From Armatimonadota bacterium (GTDB lineage: Bacteria > Armatimonadota > SYMT01): DNA of 64,000 nucleotides. The stretch is from positions 1,536,001 to 1,600,000 of the forward strand of contig JAWLHY010000001.1 in assembly GCA_041690135.1 (NCBI GenBank), read 5' to 3'. The translations under genes and the position numbers were made by a program. Of this stretch, positions 19,489-31,516 are shown one piece after another. Numbering within the stretch: the first letter of the stretch is position 1; each line of letters opens with the position of its first letter. The notes beneath the pieces were generated by a model, which did not search any database, was not told the DNA's origin, and saw only the letters and a program-made list of their open reading frames with translations.

Positions 19489-20568
19489 ATGAGCGAGAGA
19501 GTTTTCAACTTCAGCGCGGGACCCGCGATGTTGCCGGAGGAGGTCCTGGAGGCGTCGGCGGCGGCGCTGGTGGATTACCAGGGAAAAGGCTTCGGTATTG
19601 CGGAATGCAGCCACCGGGGCAAGGAGTTCGATCAGGTACTGGATGAGGCGATCGCGCGGTGCCGCAGTCTGCTCTCCGTTCCCGAATCCCACGACATCCT
19701 CTTTCTTCAGGGAGGCGCCACCCAGCTCTTCAGCACCATCCCGATGAACTTCCTCAACGGGACGGCCGACTACGTGGTGAGCGGCGAATGGTCCAAGAAG
19801 GCCGCCGCCGCGGCCCAGGGGTCCTACGGGGATCAGATCCGGGTCATCGCTTCCAGTGAGGATACCGGATTCGACCGCCCTCCCACCGGCTGGACCGCCG
19901 ACCCGTACGCGGCATACCTCCACGTCTGCTCCAATGAGACAGTTCACGGCCACCGACTGGCCGAATGGCCGGAGCACCCGAACCTGGTGGTCGATGCCAG
20001 CTCGGAGATGATGTCCCGCCCCCATCCGGTGGACCGGACGGCCATCATCTACGCGGGTGCGCAGAAGAACCTGGGTCCGTCGGGGGTCGTCCTCACGATC
20101 GTCCGCCGCGACCTCTACGACCGGATCCCGAAGAGTGTGCCGAAGATCTTCAATTTCAAGGTGCTGGCGGAAGCCAAGAGCTGCCTGAACACGCCTCCCA
20201 CCTTCGGCATCTACTTCTTGCTGGAAACTTTCCGCTGGCTGGACCGCCAGGGGGGCCTCGCCACCATCGAGCAGCGCAATGCGGAAAAGGCGGGCCTGCT
20301 CTACGACGCCATCGATAGCTCCGGCGGGTTCTACACCGGCACGGTCGCCGACAAGTCCGCGCGCAGCCACATGAACGTTACCTTCCGGCTGCCCAACGAC
20401 GAGTTGACTGACCGCTTTATCAAACAAGCGGCCCAGGAAGGAATGGTGGCGCTCAAGGGTTACCGCTCCGTCGGCGGCATCCGCGCCTCCATCTACAACG
20501 CCATGCCGGTCGAAGGCTGTCGCCGTCTTTCGGACTTCATGCGAGCCTTCGCCCAGGAGAACGGATAG
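19489..20568 (+). CDS. serC: Phosphoserine aminotransferase
   Basis: FNFSAGPAMLP, SHRG, LQGGA, YAGAQKNLGPSG, NTPP, GGIRASIYNA. Confidence 0.97.
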   Translation: MSERVFNFSAGPAMLPEEVLEASAAALVDYQGKGFGIAECSHRGKEFDQVLDEAIARCRSLLSVPESHDILFLQGGATQLFSTIPMNFLNGTADYVVSGEWSKKAAAAAQGSYGDQIRVIASSEDTGFDRPPTGWTADPYAAYLHVCSNETVHGHRLAEWPEHPNLVVDASSEMMSRPHPVDRTAIIYAGAQKNLGPSGVVLTIVRRDLYDRIPKSVPKIFNFKVLAEAKSCLNTPPTFGIYFLLETFRWLDRQGGLATIEQRNAEKAGLLYDAIDSSGGFYTGTVADKSARSHMNVTFRLPNDELTDRFIKQAAQEGMVALKGYRSVGGIRASIYNAMPVEGCRRLSDFMRAFAQENG

Positions 20569-20608
20569 CCCCCGCTGCTTCCGGACATGTTCCAGGCACC
20601 CGTTGCGT

Positions 20609-20664
20609 CACGAGCGGTGAGGCAGGAGGTGGAGTGAAACTCCCCTGCTTTCCCACCGCTCGTG
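20609..20664. terminator. Long hairpin after serC (terminator-like)
   Basis: CACGAGCGGTG/CACCGCTCGTG arms with nested GCAGG/CCTGC and GGAGT/ACTCC. Confidence 0.5.
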
Positions 20665-20791
20665 GCGATTCGGCCAGTGCTGTTTCCCCCACCGCTTCCG
20701 TGAGGCCGTAGGCCCCCTTCCTTTATCGGTCTCTACGCGAAGACCACTATCGATCTCGACCCAGGCAGCTTTGACTGGCCACGCGGGTGCC

Positions 20792-20990
20792 GGTTACCCG
20801 GACGGAGCACCCTTCGGGTGGTATGAGTTTGGAGTGGGCGATCGTCCCCAGGCCTGCGCTCGGGTATTCCGGTTTGCTATCCCATCAGGCTTCCCGAAGG
20901 GCCTCCCGAAAGAAGTGGAGTCCCCCGCGGCCCGTTCCTTTGGTCTCCCGAATCGTGCCGGCTGCAACCTCCGTGCTGTCACAGGTAACC
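20792..20990 (+). ncRNA. Candidate rod-shaped structured RNA (199 nt)
   Basis: Nested helices GGTTACC/GGTAACC, AGCAC/GTGCT, GGTATGA/TCGTGCC, TGGGC/GCCCG, AGGCC/GGCCT, TCGGG/CCCGA. Confidence 0.35.
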
Positions 20991-21140
20991 CCAGCGGTGC
21001 TATAAGCACGATCGAACGGCAGCGCGTTGTTGCCATTTGGAAATAATTGTTCCTTACTGGAGGAATAGGTGCAGGGGATACGGTAATCCTCATGCAACAT
21101 TACAGGCGACAAAGGGGTCACTTGAAAGGCTGGGGGTCAG

Positions 21141-21476
21141 ATGCTGGACGTAACGCTCCTCATCACGCTCACTGGCGACCTGGATACGATCGAAGCGGAT
21201 CAACTTCGCAACCGTTGCCCCCCTCTGCTGCGGGATCTTCCCTCCTGCGTGGTTCTGCTGGACCTCTCGGGAATCACCTTTCTGGATGCGGCTGGCGCTC
21301 GTGCCGTTCTCTGGCTGGGCCATCAGGTGCTCATGGCCGGGCACGAGTGGGGGATCATTGCCGGCGGCAACTGGTGGGTCGACCGTGTTTTCAGGTTGCT
21401 GGGATGGTCGGAGGCCTTACCGCTCTATGCTGACTGGACGAGTGCCAGTCTCGCCTTACGTCCCCCACCCAGCTAG
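21141..21476 (+). CDS. STAS domain anti-sigma-factor antagonist-like protein
   Basis: LTGDLD, VLLDLSGITFLDAAG, VDRVFRLLG. Confidence 0.82.
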   Translation: MLDVTLLITLTGDLDTIEADQLRNRCPPLLRDLPSCVVLLDLSGITFLDAAGARAVLWLGHQVLMAGHEWGIIAGGNWWVDRVFRLLGWSEALPLYADWTSASLALRPPPS

Positions 21477-21651
21477 CGCTCTCATATAAGTGGCCCCTAC
21501 GGACTTCCGCCTCTTGATGGCGCCTCGGTCGGCCATCAAGAGCAGAGACGTGGATTACGTTTTGCTCCTTTCGGAGATCGTGCCCGCGCTCGTCTCGCTC
21601 GTCATGGGAACGGTCGCTCTGCTTGCTGCAGCCTCAACCCTCCCGCAGCAA

Positions 21652-22275
21652 TCAAACACCCCAGTTCTTGCGCATGCGCGCGGCGATGCCGGCGGCTATC
21701 GCCTGCGCGGGAATGCTGGTGAGACAGAGGGGAAGCCAGAACAAAGCCACCCACACCATCAAGAAGAGACCTCCTACGATCCGGAAGAAGGCCTCCCCCG
21801 CCCGCAGCAGCGCCAGCCCACTCGCCTTGAGGACCCAGAACAGCGCCTCCAGCAGCCAGACGACTCCGCGCAGCAGCGCCGTCAGGCCGAGGCAGTAGAG
21901 CGCTACGACGGCCAGGCCGGCCAGCACCTGGAGCGGCGGCGTACCCACCGCCAGGAGCATACCGGCGAGCAACACCGCGACCACGCCCCACCCCCAGCCA
22001 CTCACCCGGGGCTCCGGCGCCAGCCAGGAAAACGCCTCCGGCCGCTCGTGCCAATCGGCAAACGTCTGGGGCAGTTGTCGCTTCAGGTCGGTTCTCGCTT
22101 CACCACAGCCGTCCCACAAAGCGCGGATCAATTCCAGGGTGTCGTGCCGGATCTTCTCCTGCGCGGCAGCCAGCTTCTCCCAGGACGCGATCCGGCCGAG
22201 AACCTTCTCCCGTCGCGCCTGGTCGGCCCGGAGCCCCGCTTCCAGACGCTTGCCATGCTCCTTGAGGCCTGCCAT
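21652..22275 (-). CDS. Hypothetical membrane protein
   Basis: Charged N-terminus followed by several hydrophobic segments; start MAGLKEHG. Confidence 0.55.
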   Translation of the reverse strand: MAGLKEHGKRLEAGLRADQARREKVLGRIASWEKLAAAQEKIRHDTLELIRALWDGCGEARTDLKRQLPQTFADWHERPEAFSWLAPEPRVSGWGWGVVAVLLAGMLLAVGTPPLQVLAGLAVVALYCLGLTALLRGVVWLLEALFWVLKASGLALLRAGEAFFRIVGGLFLMVWVALFWLPLCLTSIPAQAIAAGIAARMRKNWGV

Positions 22276-22488
22276 ATAGTTCCGTTCTCCGGTGAACGCG
22301 ACACCCTTTATCGAAGCGCAAGCGCTGCTTACGGGAGATGGGCGTCTCGCCCGCCACCTGGGTGAGCCCTCGCCAAGGTCTCTCTTATCGAATCCATACG
22401 AATTATCATCTATGAACGGCCGCTGCCCCTGATTCCCAGACGTGGGAATGGACTGTGCCACTATCCTCCCGGGCCATAAAACGGAACT

Positions 22489-22523
22489 GCCCCAGAGGAG
22501 CCCCTTACGGGCTCCTCTGGGGC
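22489..22523 (-). terminator. Terminator downstream of the PEP-CTERM gene
   Basis: Perfect 15-bp stem GCCCCAGAGGAGCCC/GGGCTCCTCTGGGGC. Confidence 0.6.
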
Positions 22524-22556
22524 GGTGCGGGGTGCGTGAACGAGAGTCCCCAAGGT

Positions 22557-23240
22557 TCAGCCCGTCCGGCGGCGCTTCAACACCGCCACCACTCCCAAAG
22601 CGGGTAGAAAGAGCACCAACGCGCCCGGCTCCGGCACGGCCGACGTTTCGTCATCCAGGCGGAGTCCGGTGAGCCCCATGGAGTAGTTGGTGTCCTTGGC
22701 GCCATATCGCGTTTCGGAGGTGGTAATGTCTTCGAAAGCATTCCCGTTGTTTGCGGGGGAAAGGTTGATGCCATTGGCGCCGAAGGTCTCGCCGACATAA
22801 TGGGCTCCGCTGGACACCAGGGGAGTTAAATGCATCCAGTATGTACCCGGGGCCAGCACGATATCCAGGTCCGAAACCTGCACCTTGGCGAATGTGCCCG
22901 TCCCCAGCGAAACACTCGACACCGCCACCGGCCTGACTCCCTCCGCCACGATGGTGCCGCCGTTGCCTGCAGACATCCCGGTCCGGATAGACCATTCCGC
23001 ATGCGTAAAATCCCCGAACGCAAGTCCGTGGTTCCACAGGCTGCTGATTCGCCAGCCGCCGGAGTCGTTCACCGTGAAGTCGTCGAAGATCCGCGTTCCC
23101 CCACCGGAGTACAGGCTGTTATAGGTGTTCAGCCCTTGCGGGTCCCCACCATACCACAGTGTAGTCTGCGCACTCGCCGGCTGTGCCCCACCCACCCACA
23201 GCGCGAGGACCACACCTAGCATCCAAGCAAGCCTTCGCAT
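22557..23240 (-). CDS. PEP-CTERM sorting domain protein
   Basis: Signal peptide; C-terminal VPEPGALVLFLPALGVVAVLKRRR. Confidence 0.92.
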   Translation of the reverse strand: MRRLAWMLGVVLALWVGGAQPASAQTTLWYGGDPQGLNTYNSLYSGGGTRIFDDFTVNDSGGWRISSLWNHGLAFGDFTHAEWSIRTGMSAGNGGTIVAEGVRPVAVSSVSLGTGTFAKVQVSDLDIVLAPGTYWMHLTPLVSSGAHYVGETFGANGINLSPANNGNAFEDITTSETRYGAKDTNYSMGLTGLRLDDETSAVPEPGALVLFLPALGVVAVLKRRRTG

Positions 23241-23261
23241 CCTCTCTTTTGCCCTCCATAC

Positions 23262-23651
23262 TCAATCAAGCCATAGAACCACTGTTAGGCAGGCGTACAG
23301 GCGGCACCTCCGGTCCCCATTCCATCGATGGTTGCGGTCGCGGCACGGAAGTTCAACCGAAAGTTTACGTGTCTCCGCCAACAAATCGTGTGGAAGGTGA
23401 AGCAGAAGGGGGCGCCTCCGTGAGGGCATCATCACCGCCTTCAGCCCGGTTGGCAGAGCCCGGGAAGAGATCGCCGCGAAATCGCGGAGTTGCTCCGGCG
23501 CAAGCGGCGCGTCTCGCGCCTGGAGCGTGACTGTTTCGATCAGGTCATCACCGCCGCCAAGCAGGTCGACGAACCCCATCCCGTGCTCGCTACGCCCATT
23601 GAGGCCATGCCCATCCGCGTTAAGCATCACCCTGCGTTTACAAAATATCAC
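23262..23651 (-). CDS. Possible hypothetical protein
   Basis: Longest ORF in the gap between two clear genes; no motif. Confidence 0.25.
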   Translation of the reverse strand: MIFCKRRVMLNADGHGLNGRSEHGMGFVDLLGGGDDLIETVTLQARDAPLAPEQLRDFAAISSRALPTGLKAVMMPSRRRPLLLHLPHDLLAETRKLSVELPCRDRNHRWNGDRRCRLYACLTVVLWLD

Positions 23652-23734
23652 GTATCAGTTATATATGATGTGTGATCGCCGGCTGCGATCAGAGGCAGCG
23701 GCAAACCGGCCGCTTCGGGGTCGGAGGCAACAAG

Positions 23735-24595
23735 ATGGCACGGACGATGACGGAAGGAACGGCGCGGCGGGGGGTCGGGACCGTTCGGGAAGATGAGGGC
23801 ATTCCGCGGTGGGACTACATTTCTTCGGGGGAGCGACTCACGGCCCAGCAGGAGCAATTGCTCACCCAGCGAGCCCAGGCAGGAGACGAACAGGCTCGGG
23901 ACCGCATCCTTAGGGCCAACATTCCGCTGGTCGTGTCCGTCGCCCGGCAGTTCAACAATCCTCACCTGGAGGTGGAAGACCTCATACAGGAGGGTATGAT
24001 TGGCCTGGTGACCGCAATCGAACGCTTCGATCCGGAACGGGGTTTCCGGTTTAGTACTTACGCCACCTACTGGATCCGCCAGCGCGTCCTGCGCGCCCTC
24101 GACCGTAACGGGCGCCTCATCCGCCTGCCCGTCGACGTTAGCTATGCGGCCCGCAAAGCCCAGGCGATTCGCGAGCAGCTTCGGGAGGAGACCGGCAGTG
24201 AGCCCGCCCTGGCCGACATTGCTCCCGCTACCGGTGTTTCCGAGAAGCGTCTGAAGGCGGTTTTCGAATGCCTGGAGGAGCCGCTCTCCCTCGACGCGCC
24301 GGTAAGCGATGATGCGGACCCGCTCACCCTGGATGTGGAAGACCGCGACTCGCGGGATCCGGCCGCGACCGTGTTAGAAGCGGAGCAGTCGCTGGTTCTG
24401 GAGCGCCTCCTGGAGACTCTCCCCGTGCGCGACCGCATGGTTCTCGAAAGCCGCTTCGGCCTCAACGGGTGCACCGTCCCGCTCGCCGACCTGGCCGAGA
24501 AACTCCGCATGACCCGCGAAGGCGTCCGCCAGATCCAGCGGCGCGCCCTTCTCAAACTCCGCCGCAAGTGGATGGCCACCGGCCTGACAGCATGA
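23735..24595 (+). CDS. Sigma-70 family sigma factor (RpoD/RpoS-like, lacks region 1.1)
   Basis: DLIQEGMIGLVTAIERFDPERGFRFSTYATYWIRQ, IRLPV, TREGVRQIQ. Confidence 0.92.
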   Translation: MARTMTEGTARRGVGTVREDEGIPRWDYISSGERLTAQQEQLLTQRAQAGDEQARDRILRANIPLVVSVARQFNNPHLEVEDLIQEGMIGLVTAIERFDPERGFRFSTYATYWIRQRVLRALDRNGRLIRLPVDVSYAARKAQAIREQLREETGSEPALADIAPATGVSEKRLKAVFECLEEPLSLDAPVSDDADPLTLDVEDRDSRDPAATVLEAEQSLVLERLLETLPVRDRMVLESRFGLNGCTVPLADLAEKLRMTREGVRQIQRRALLKLRRKWMATGLTA

Positions 24596-24856
24596 AATGG
24601 GATCCGCCTTCTCGCCACGCGCATGGCACGACGGACAGGCTCACCCACGACTGCAGTTTCACATGCTCGGGGTGTGCCCGCCAATGTCATGGACACGAGC
24701 CGAGCGCCCACGGAGGTTTACGCCCCGAGGGGGTGTGGACAACGTGCATTACCAAAGCCCGACCGTTCCGGGTCGGGGACTTCATTGACCCACTCCAGGG
24801 CAGGTGTTACCATGGGGCAGCCCCACCCGATCCGGCTGCCCCACACCCTGCCAACC

Positions 24857-27217
<2,361 letters not shown>

Positions 27218-27220
27218 CGC

Positions 27221-27251
27221 CAACCCCTGCCCCCAAGGGGCTTCAACCTTC
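27221..27251. repeat. Diverged copy of the 15.4 kb repeat unit
   Basis: CAACCCCTGCCCCCAAGGGGCTTCAACCTTC immediately after the pcrA stop. Confidence 0.65.
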
Positions 27252-27305
27252 GATACTAGAGCTTCAAACTTTCCGGCTCTGATCCCAAACAGGGGTAAAC
27301 GGTAC

Positions 27306-27728
27306 CTACTCCCGGGAGTATCCCAGGATATACCATTTCCCTTGCACCAGCACCCACTCCAGCTTGACGGTGAGCGGGTTCCCCGCTCCATCTTTGCCGT
27401 CCAGCACTACTTGCCGATGCTGGTGGTCGTGACCATCGGCTAGCTTCACCGGCTTCCGGTCGCCATAAACCACTTCATCGGGTAGCACGTCTTTTAGCGC
27501 CTTCCAGGCTCCTGTGAACATGGTCTCCTGCTCGAAGGGGTCCTCATCCGGCATCCGGTACTTGCTGAAGAAGCGGTGGAACATCTCCTCATCCCCCTTC
27601 TTCACCTGCCGCGCCACCGTCGCAGTTAGCGCCCGCACGTCGTTTTTCGCTTCGTTCATCACGATCCACAGGCTTAGCGGGACCGCCATCACCACGATCA
27701 GGATCGCCAGGTTACGCAGGCTCATCAA
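27306..27728 (-). CDS. Hypothetical membrane-anchored or exported protein
   Basis: N-terminal TM helix; C-terminal LEWVLVQGKWYI reminiscent of NTF2-like folds. Confidence 0.7.
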   Translation of the reverse strand: MMSLRNLAILIVVMAVPLSLWIVMNEAKNDVRALTATVARQVKKGDEEMFHRFFSKYRMPDEDPFEQETMFTGAWKALKDVLPDEVVYGDRKPVKLADGHDHQHRQVVLDGKDGAGNPLTVKLEWVLVQGKWYILGYSRE

Positions 27729-27884
27729 TCATCTCCCCCGCGTGATTCTGGCAGCAGACGATCCGTTCCCCAGGCTTCCGCCGCCGGCTCCAGCCTCATA
27801 ATTGCTGTCGGGAATGTGCTCTCGCCTTCCCCGCCATCGATCCCTGGCGTCGTAGGGCCTCATCCCGTGGCGTCAGGGTATTCG

Positions 27885-27910
27885 GCTTAACCCGTGTCCT
27901 CTCCGGGTAG
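27885..27910 (+). promoter_or_regulatory. Possible SigB-type promoter
   Basis: GCTTAA-N14-GGGTAG upstream of the site-2 protease operon. Confidence 0.4.
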
Positions 27911-27972
27911 CAACCGATAGAAGCAATAAATGTTTGCTGCCGGGCGGGGAGAAGAAGGCGAGGAGGGACGAG

Positions 27973-29100
27973 ATGGGCCGTGGAGTCCGGTTACTGGAAG
28001 TATTCGATATCGAGATCCGGCTGGACTATTCCTGGTTCCTGATCTTCTTTCTCCTGATCTGGAGTCTCGCGATGGGCGTCTTCCCGGCTGCTTACGACTT
28101 CGCGCCGGGGATGAACTGGCTGTTGGGGATCGCCGGCGCGGTGCTGCTCTTCACCAGCGTGCTCCTTCACGAGCTTTCCCATGCTCTGATGGCTCGGCGG
28201 TTTGGGATAGACGTGCACGGGATCACGCTTTTCCTCTTTGGAGGGGTAGCGCAGATCAAAAGTGAGCCGCCCTCTCCGAAGGCGGAATTCTGGATCGCAG
28301 GCATCGGCCCGGTCGTGAGCATCCTGATCGGCGCGGCCTGCCTCGTGGGCGCGTGGGTCACGGCTATCGCAGAAGTGCTGCGTCCCGTGGCGGCGTTGCT
28401 GCTTTACCTGGGACAAATCAACCTGATCCTGGCGGTGTTCAACCTGATCCCGGGTTTTCCACTGGATGGCGGGCGGATCCTGCGGGCTGCGGTCTGGCAC
28501 TTCACCGGAAGTTTGCAAAAGGCTACGCAGTGGGCCTCCATCGGGGGGCAACTCTTCGCCTGGTTCCTCATCGGCGTGGGCGTGTTCCAGATCCTGTTCG
28601 GCGGCAACTTCGGCGGTTTCTGGCTAATCCTGGTCGGTTGGTTTCTCAATACCGCGGCCCAGGGCGCCTACCAGCAATTGCTGCTGCGGCGAGCCCTCAG
28701 CGGGGTGCCGGTGGCCGAGGTCATGGTCCACGATGTGCCGATGGTCGACGCGGAAATGCGGGTGTCGCAGTTCGTGGAGCACTACCTGCTGCGGCGCGAC
28801 TACAGCGTCTATCCTATCGCGCGGGAAGGTGAGTTCGTCGGTGTCGTCGGCCTGGATGAGGTCCGAAACCTGCAGCGCGATCACTGGGGCGTGACCAGCG
28901 TCGGGGCCATCGCCCGCGAGCCGAGCCCGGACCGCATGATCGCCGAGGATGAGGATGCATTCGATGCGCTGAGTAAGATGCTGGAAACCGAGGCCCCGCG
29001 CCTGCTGGTGATGCGCGATGGTCACCTGGAAGGCATCGTCTCGCGGGACTCCATTCTTCGCCGCATTCAGCTTCGGGGACGACTTGGGCTCCCCGTCTGA
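27973..29100 (+). CDS. Site-2 protease (M50) with CBS domains
   Basis: HELSH, FNLIPGFPLDGGR, two C-terminal CBS domains. Confidence 0.93.
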   Translation: MGRGVRLLEVFDIEIRLDYSWFLIFFLLIWSLAMGVFPAAYDFAPGMNWLLGIAGAVLLFTSVLLHELSHALMARRFGIDVHGITLFLFGGVAQIKSEPPSPKAEFWIAGIGPVVSILIGAACLVGAWVTAIAEVLRPVAALLLYLGQINLILAVFNLIPGFPLDGGRILRAAVWHFTGSLQKATQWASIGGQLFAWFLIGVGVFQILFGGNFGGFWLILVGWFLNTAAQGAYQQLLLRRALSGVPVAEVMVHDVPMVDAEMRVSQFVEHYLLRRDYSVYPIAREGEFVGVVGLDEVRNLQRDHWGVTSVGAIAREPSPDRMIAEDEDAFDALSKMLETEAPRLLVMRDGHLEGIVSRDSILRRIQLRGRLGLPV

Positions 29101-30179
29101 TGATCGGTGGACGGGAGAACGGGTTTTCGCGGGAGGGAAGTACTGTGGGCAGGTCAGTGGGGCGGCAAGGGTCACTGGCGAAGCCGCGTCGGGACGGCGA
29201 ACATCACGGAGGGGAGAACCAGTCGCCGGCACGCCGGCAGTCGCCCGGCCGGCGCTGGGGTTGGCGTTATCTCTTCCATGCGTTGGTGCTGCTGGGGATC
29301 GGTCTAGCCGGGCTGAAGTATATCAACGGGGAGCTTTTCTGGGATGCCGTGCACCGCTTCCGGTGGACCTACGCTCCGCTGATCCTGGGCTTGACCTCAC
29401 TCTACGTCCTGGTGAAAGGTCTGCGCTTTGTTCGGCAGTTGCGGGAACTGGTGCCGGCTCGCCGCAGCATTATCATGCGCGCCTATGTGGCCGGTCAGGC
29501 GTGTACCCTGCTCCCGGCCGGGGCCACGGTGCGGGCCGGTCTCCTCGAGCAGGTGGGGGTGCCGGTAAACGATAGCGCGGCCTCAATTGCCGTCTCGAGC
29601 CTTTCCGATCAGGCCGTGCTCCTCTTTTGCGCGCTCCTCTCGGCCCTCTGGTTCGAGGCCGCGCGCGAGCCGGCCATGATGATCCTCACCGGTTTGGCCG
29701 TCACCAGCGTGCTTCTGGGGCTGGAAGCCACGCGCACCTGGCTCCTCTCAATGATCGAAGCGATCCTGGGGAGGATCCAGCTTCTGGATCTCTGGCATCG
29801 TTTTCTCGAGTCGATGTCCGAGATGTCGTCCGTCCCGCTCTGGTTGGGGAGTATTGCAAACGCCGCGGCGGCATTCGCCCTCATGGTCCTGGCACTCCGG
29901 TTCGCGGTGGAGGGTGTAGGCGCCGATATCCCGTTCTCGGTGCTCATCCTCGCATTCACCCTGCCCACCTTTCTTGGCCGGATTTCCGCGATGCCGGCGG
30001 GAGTGGGCGTTACGGAAGCGGGAATGATCGGCATCCTCGACGCGGCGCCGCACGTTACGGCCGATCAGGCGGCGGCGGCCACTCTCATCTTCCGCATCGG
30101 CACGGTGGTCTTTGCGGCGATCGTGGGCGGGCTGGTCTACCTGCTTGCCTGGCGCCGTGTTGCGAGGCGAGCCTCATGA
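29100..30179 (+). CDS. Lysylphosphatidylglycerol synthase TM / flippase-like (UPF0104) protein
   Basis: Multi-TM, MPAGVGVTEAG, LIFR; start may lie further downstream. Confidence 0.8.
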   Translation: MIGGRENGFSREGSTVGRSVGRQGSLAKPRRDGEHHGGENQSPARRQSPGRRWGWRYLFHALVLLGIGLAGLKYINGELFWDAVHRFRWTYAPLILGLTSLYVLVKGLRFVRQLRELVPARRSIIMRAYVAGQACTLLPAGATVRAGLLEQVGVPVNDSAASIAVSSLSDQAVLLFCALLSALWFEAAREPAMMILTGLAVTSVLLGLEATRTWLLSMIEAILGRIQLLDLWHRFLESMSEMSSVPLWLGSIANAAAAFALMVLALRFAVEGVGADIPFSVLILAFTLPTFLGRISAMPAGVGVTEAGMIGILDAAPHVTADQAAAATLIFRIGTVVFAAIVGGLVYLLAWRRVARRAS

Positions 30180-31054
30180 GCGGTCGCTGCGCCATACTTG
30201 TGAATGACCGGGCCGGCGCGCTCCAGGCCACGGCGAGCATCGATCATCTGCGCGAGCTTATCGAAACGCTCGGGATCGACGCGGAAGTCATCGGTACGAA
30301 GTCCGCCGAGGACATGTGCCTGCGCATTCGCGACCTGCTTTCGTCGGGCGTTCGCCGCATCGCGGTGGCGGGGGGAGACGGCACCATTCACCACGCCGTA
30401 CAGGAGCTGGCGGGGAAGGACGTGGTCCTGGGGATTATTCCGCAGGGCACGGCTAACAACTTTGCGACCGCGCTGCGAATCCCCCAGGAACTCCCCTCCG
30501 CCCTCCGCACGCTCCAGGACGGCGAGGTCCGCGAGGTTGACCTGGGCTGCGTGCGCGGGGAGTACTTTACGGAAGCGGCCGGGGTCGGTATGTTCGCCGA
30601 CGTGCTTGCCATCTACGGCACGGGAACCAATAAAGACATCCTGCGCGGGATTTATTCCATCGGTCGCGTGCTGTTGTCGTTCCGTCCGCGGCGCATCCGT
30701 CTCTGGCTCGATGGAGAACTGCACAGCGAGCGGGCCGTGATGTGCACGGTAGCCAACTCCTTCCGGATGGGCATGTCCGCGCCGATGGCACCGAACGCGA
30801 AGGTCACCGACGGTAAGCTGGACGTCGTGATTGTAGGCGACCTGACCCCCGGGGAATACCTTTCTTACTACCGGGCGCTGCGGGCGCAAACCCATCTCGG
30901 GTTGCCCAAGGTCAGCTCGCTCCAGGCGCGGCATGTTCGGATCGAATCCCGACGGCCCATGAACGTCCATTGCGACGACCATGTGATCGGAGCTACCCCG
31001 GTGACGATCACTGCCGTCCCCAGGGCGCTGAAAGTGCTGGTGGCACCGTTGTAG
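30176..31054 (+). CDS. Diacylglycerol kinase family lipid kinase
   Basis: VAGGDGTIH, PQGTANNFA; start MSGRC overlaps the upstream stop. Confidence 0.9.
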   Translation: MSGRCAILVNDRAGALQATASIDHLRELIETLGIDAEVIGTKSAEDMCLRIRDLLSSGVRRIAVAGGDGTIHHAVQELAGKDVVLGIIPQGTANNFATALRIPQELPSALRTLQDGEVREVDLGCVRGEYFTEAAGVGMFADVLAIYGTGTNKDILRGIYSIGRVLLSFRPRRIRLWLDGELHSERAVMCTVANSFRMGMSAPMAPNAKVTDGKLDVVIVGDLTPGEYLSYYRALRAQTHLGLPKVSSLQARHVRIESRRPMNVHCDDHVIGATPVTITAVPRALKVLVAPL

Positions 31055-31108
31055 ATGCGGGTTTCCGCCACGAGGCGACCGGACAAAATGCACCGGGGGT
31101 AATCAACG

Positions 31109-31516
31109 ATGGAAAAGAAGCAGAGGGACCGGAGAGAAGAGCGCGGCGACCTGGGAGAGCAGATGCAGCCGGGCGTACCCGGCATTCCGGCGCCGGGCGA
31201 CACCTACAAGGTGCCCGAAGGTGAGGTGAAACTGGGCGAGCGCGGAGCGGCGGAAGAAGTGGCGCCGCGCGCGCAGGACGACTCGGCCTTCCCATTTCGC
31301 TCGGGAGAGACTACGCTGACGGCGGCGGGAGCCGTCGATACGAACCGCCCCGCGGATGTGGTGACGACCGCCGGCACTACCGAACTGCCCGGGTCCCGCC
31401 ACTCGCCAAACATCCTTTCCCGGCAGAACGTGGTGGCTCCCCAGGCCCGCCGCCCGACCACCACCGCTGGCCAGCAACTCGTCGAAGACGAGATAGACAG
31501 TGAGGACGAACGCTAA
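31109..31516 (+). CDS. Hydrophilic hypothetical protein
   Basis: 135-aa acidic, low-complexity ORF convergent with the kinase. Confidence 0.55.
   Translation: MEKKQRDRREERGDLGEQMQPGVPGIPAPGDTYKVPEGEVKLGERGAAEEVAPRAQDDSAFPFRSGETTLTAAGAVDTNRPADVVTTAGTTELPGSRHSPNILSRQNVVAPQARRPTTTAGQQLVEDEIDSEDER

Noticed and set aside
20765-20800. Third copy of the 230-bp element (TGCCGGTTACCC match)
   Set aside because: Similarity is limited to about 12 nt plus scattered short matches; downstream sequence does not align
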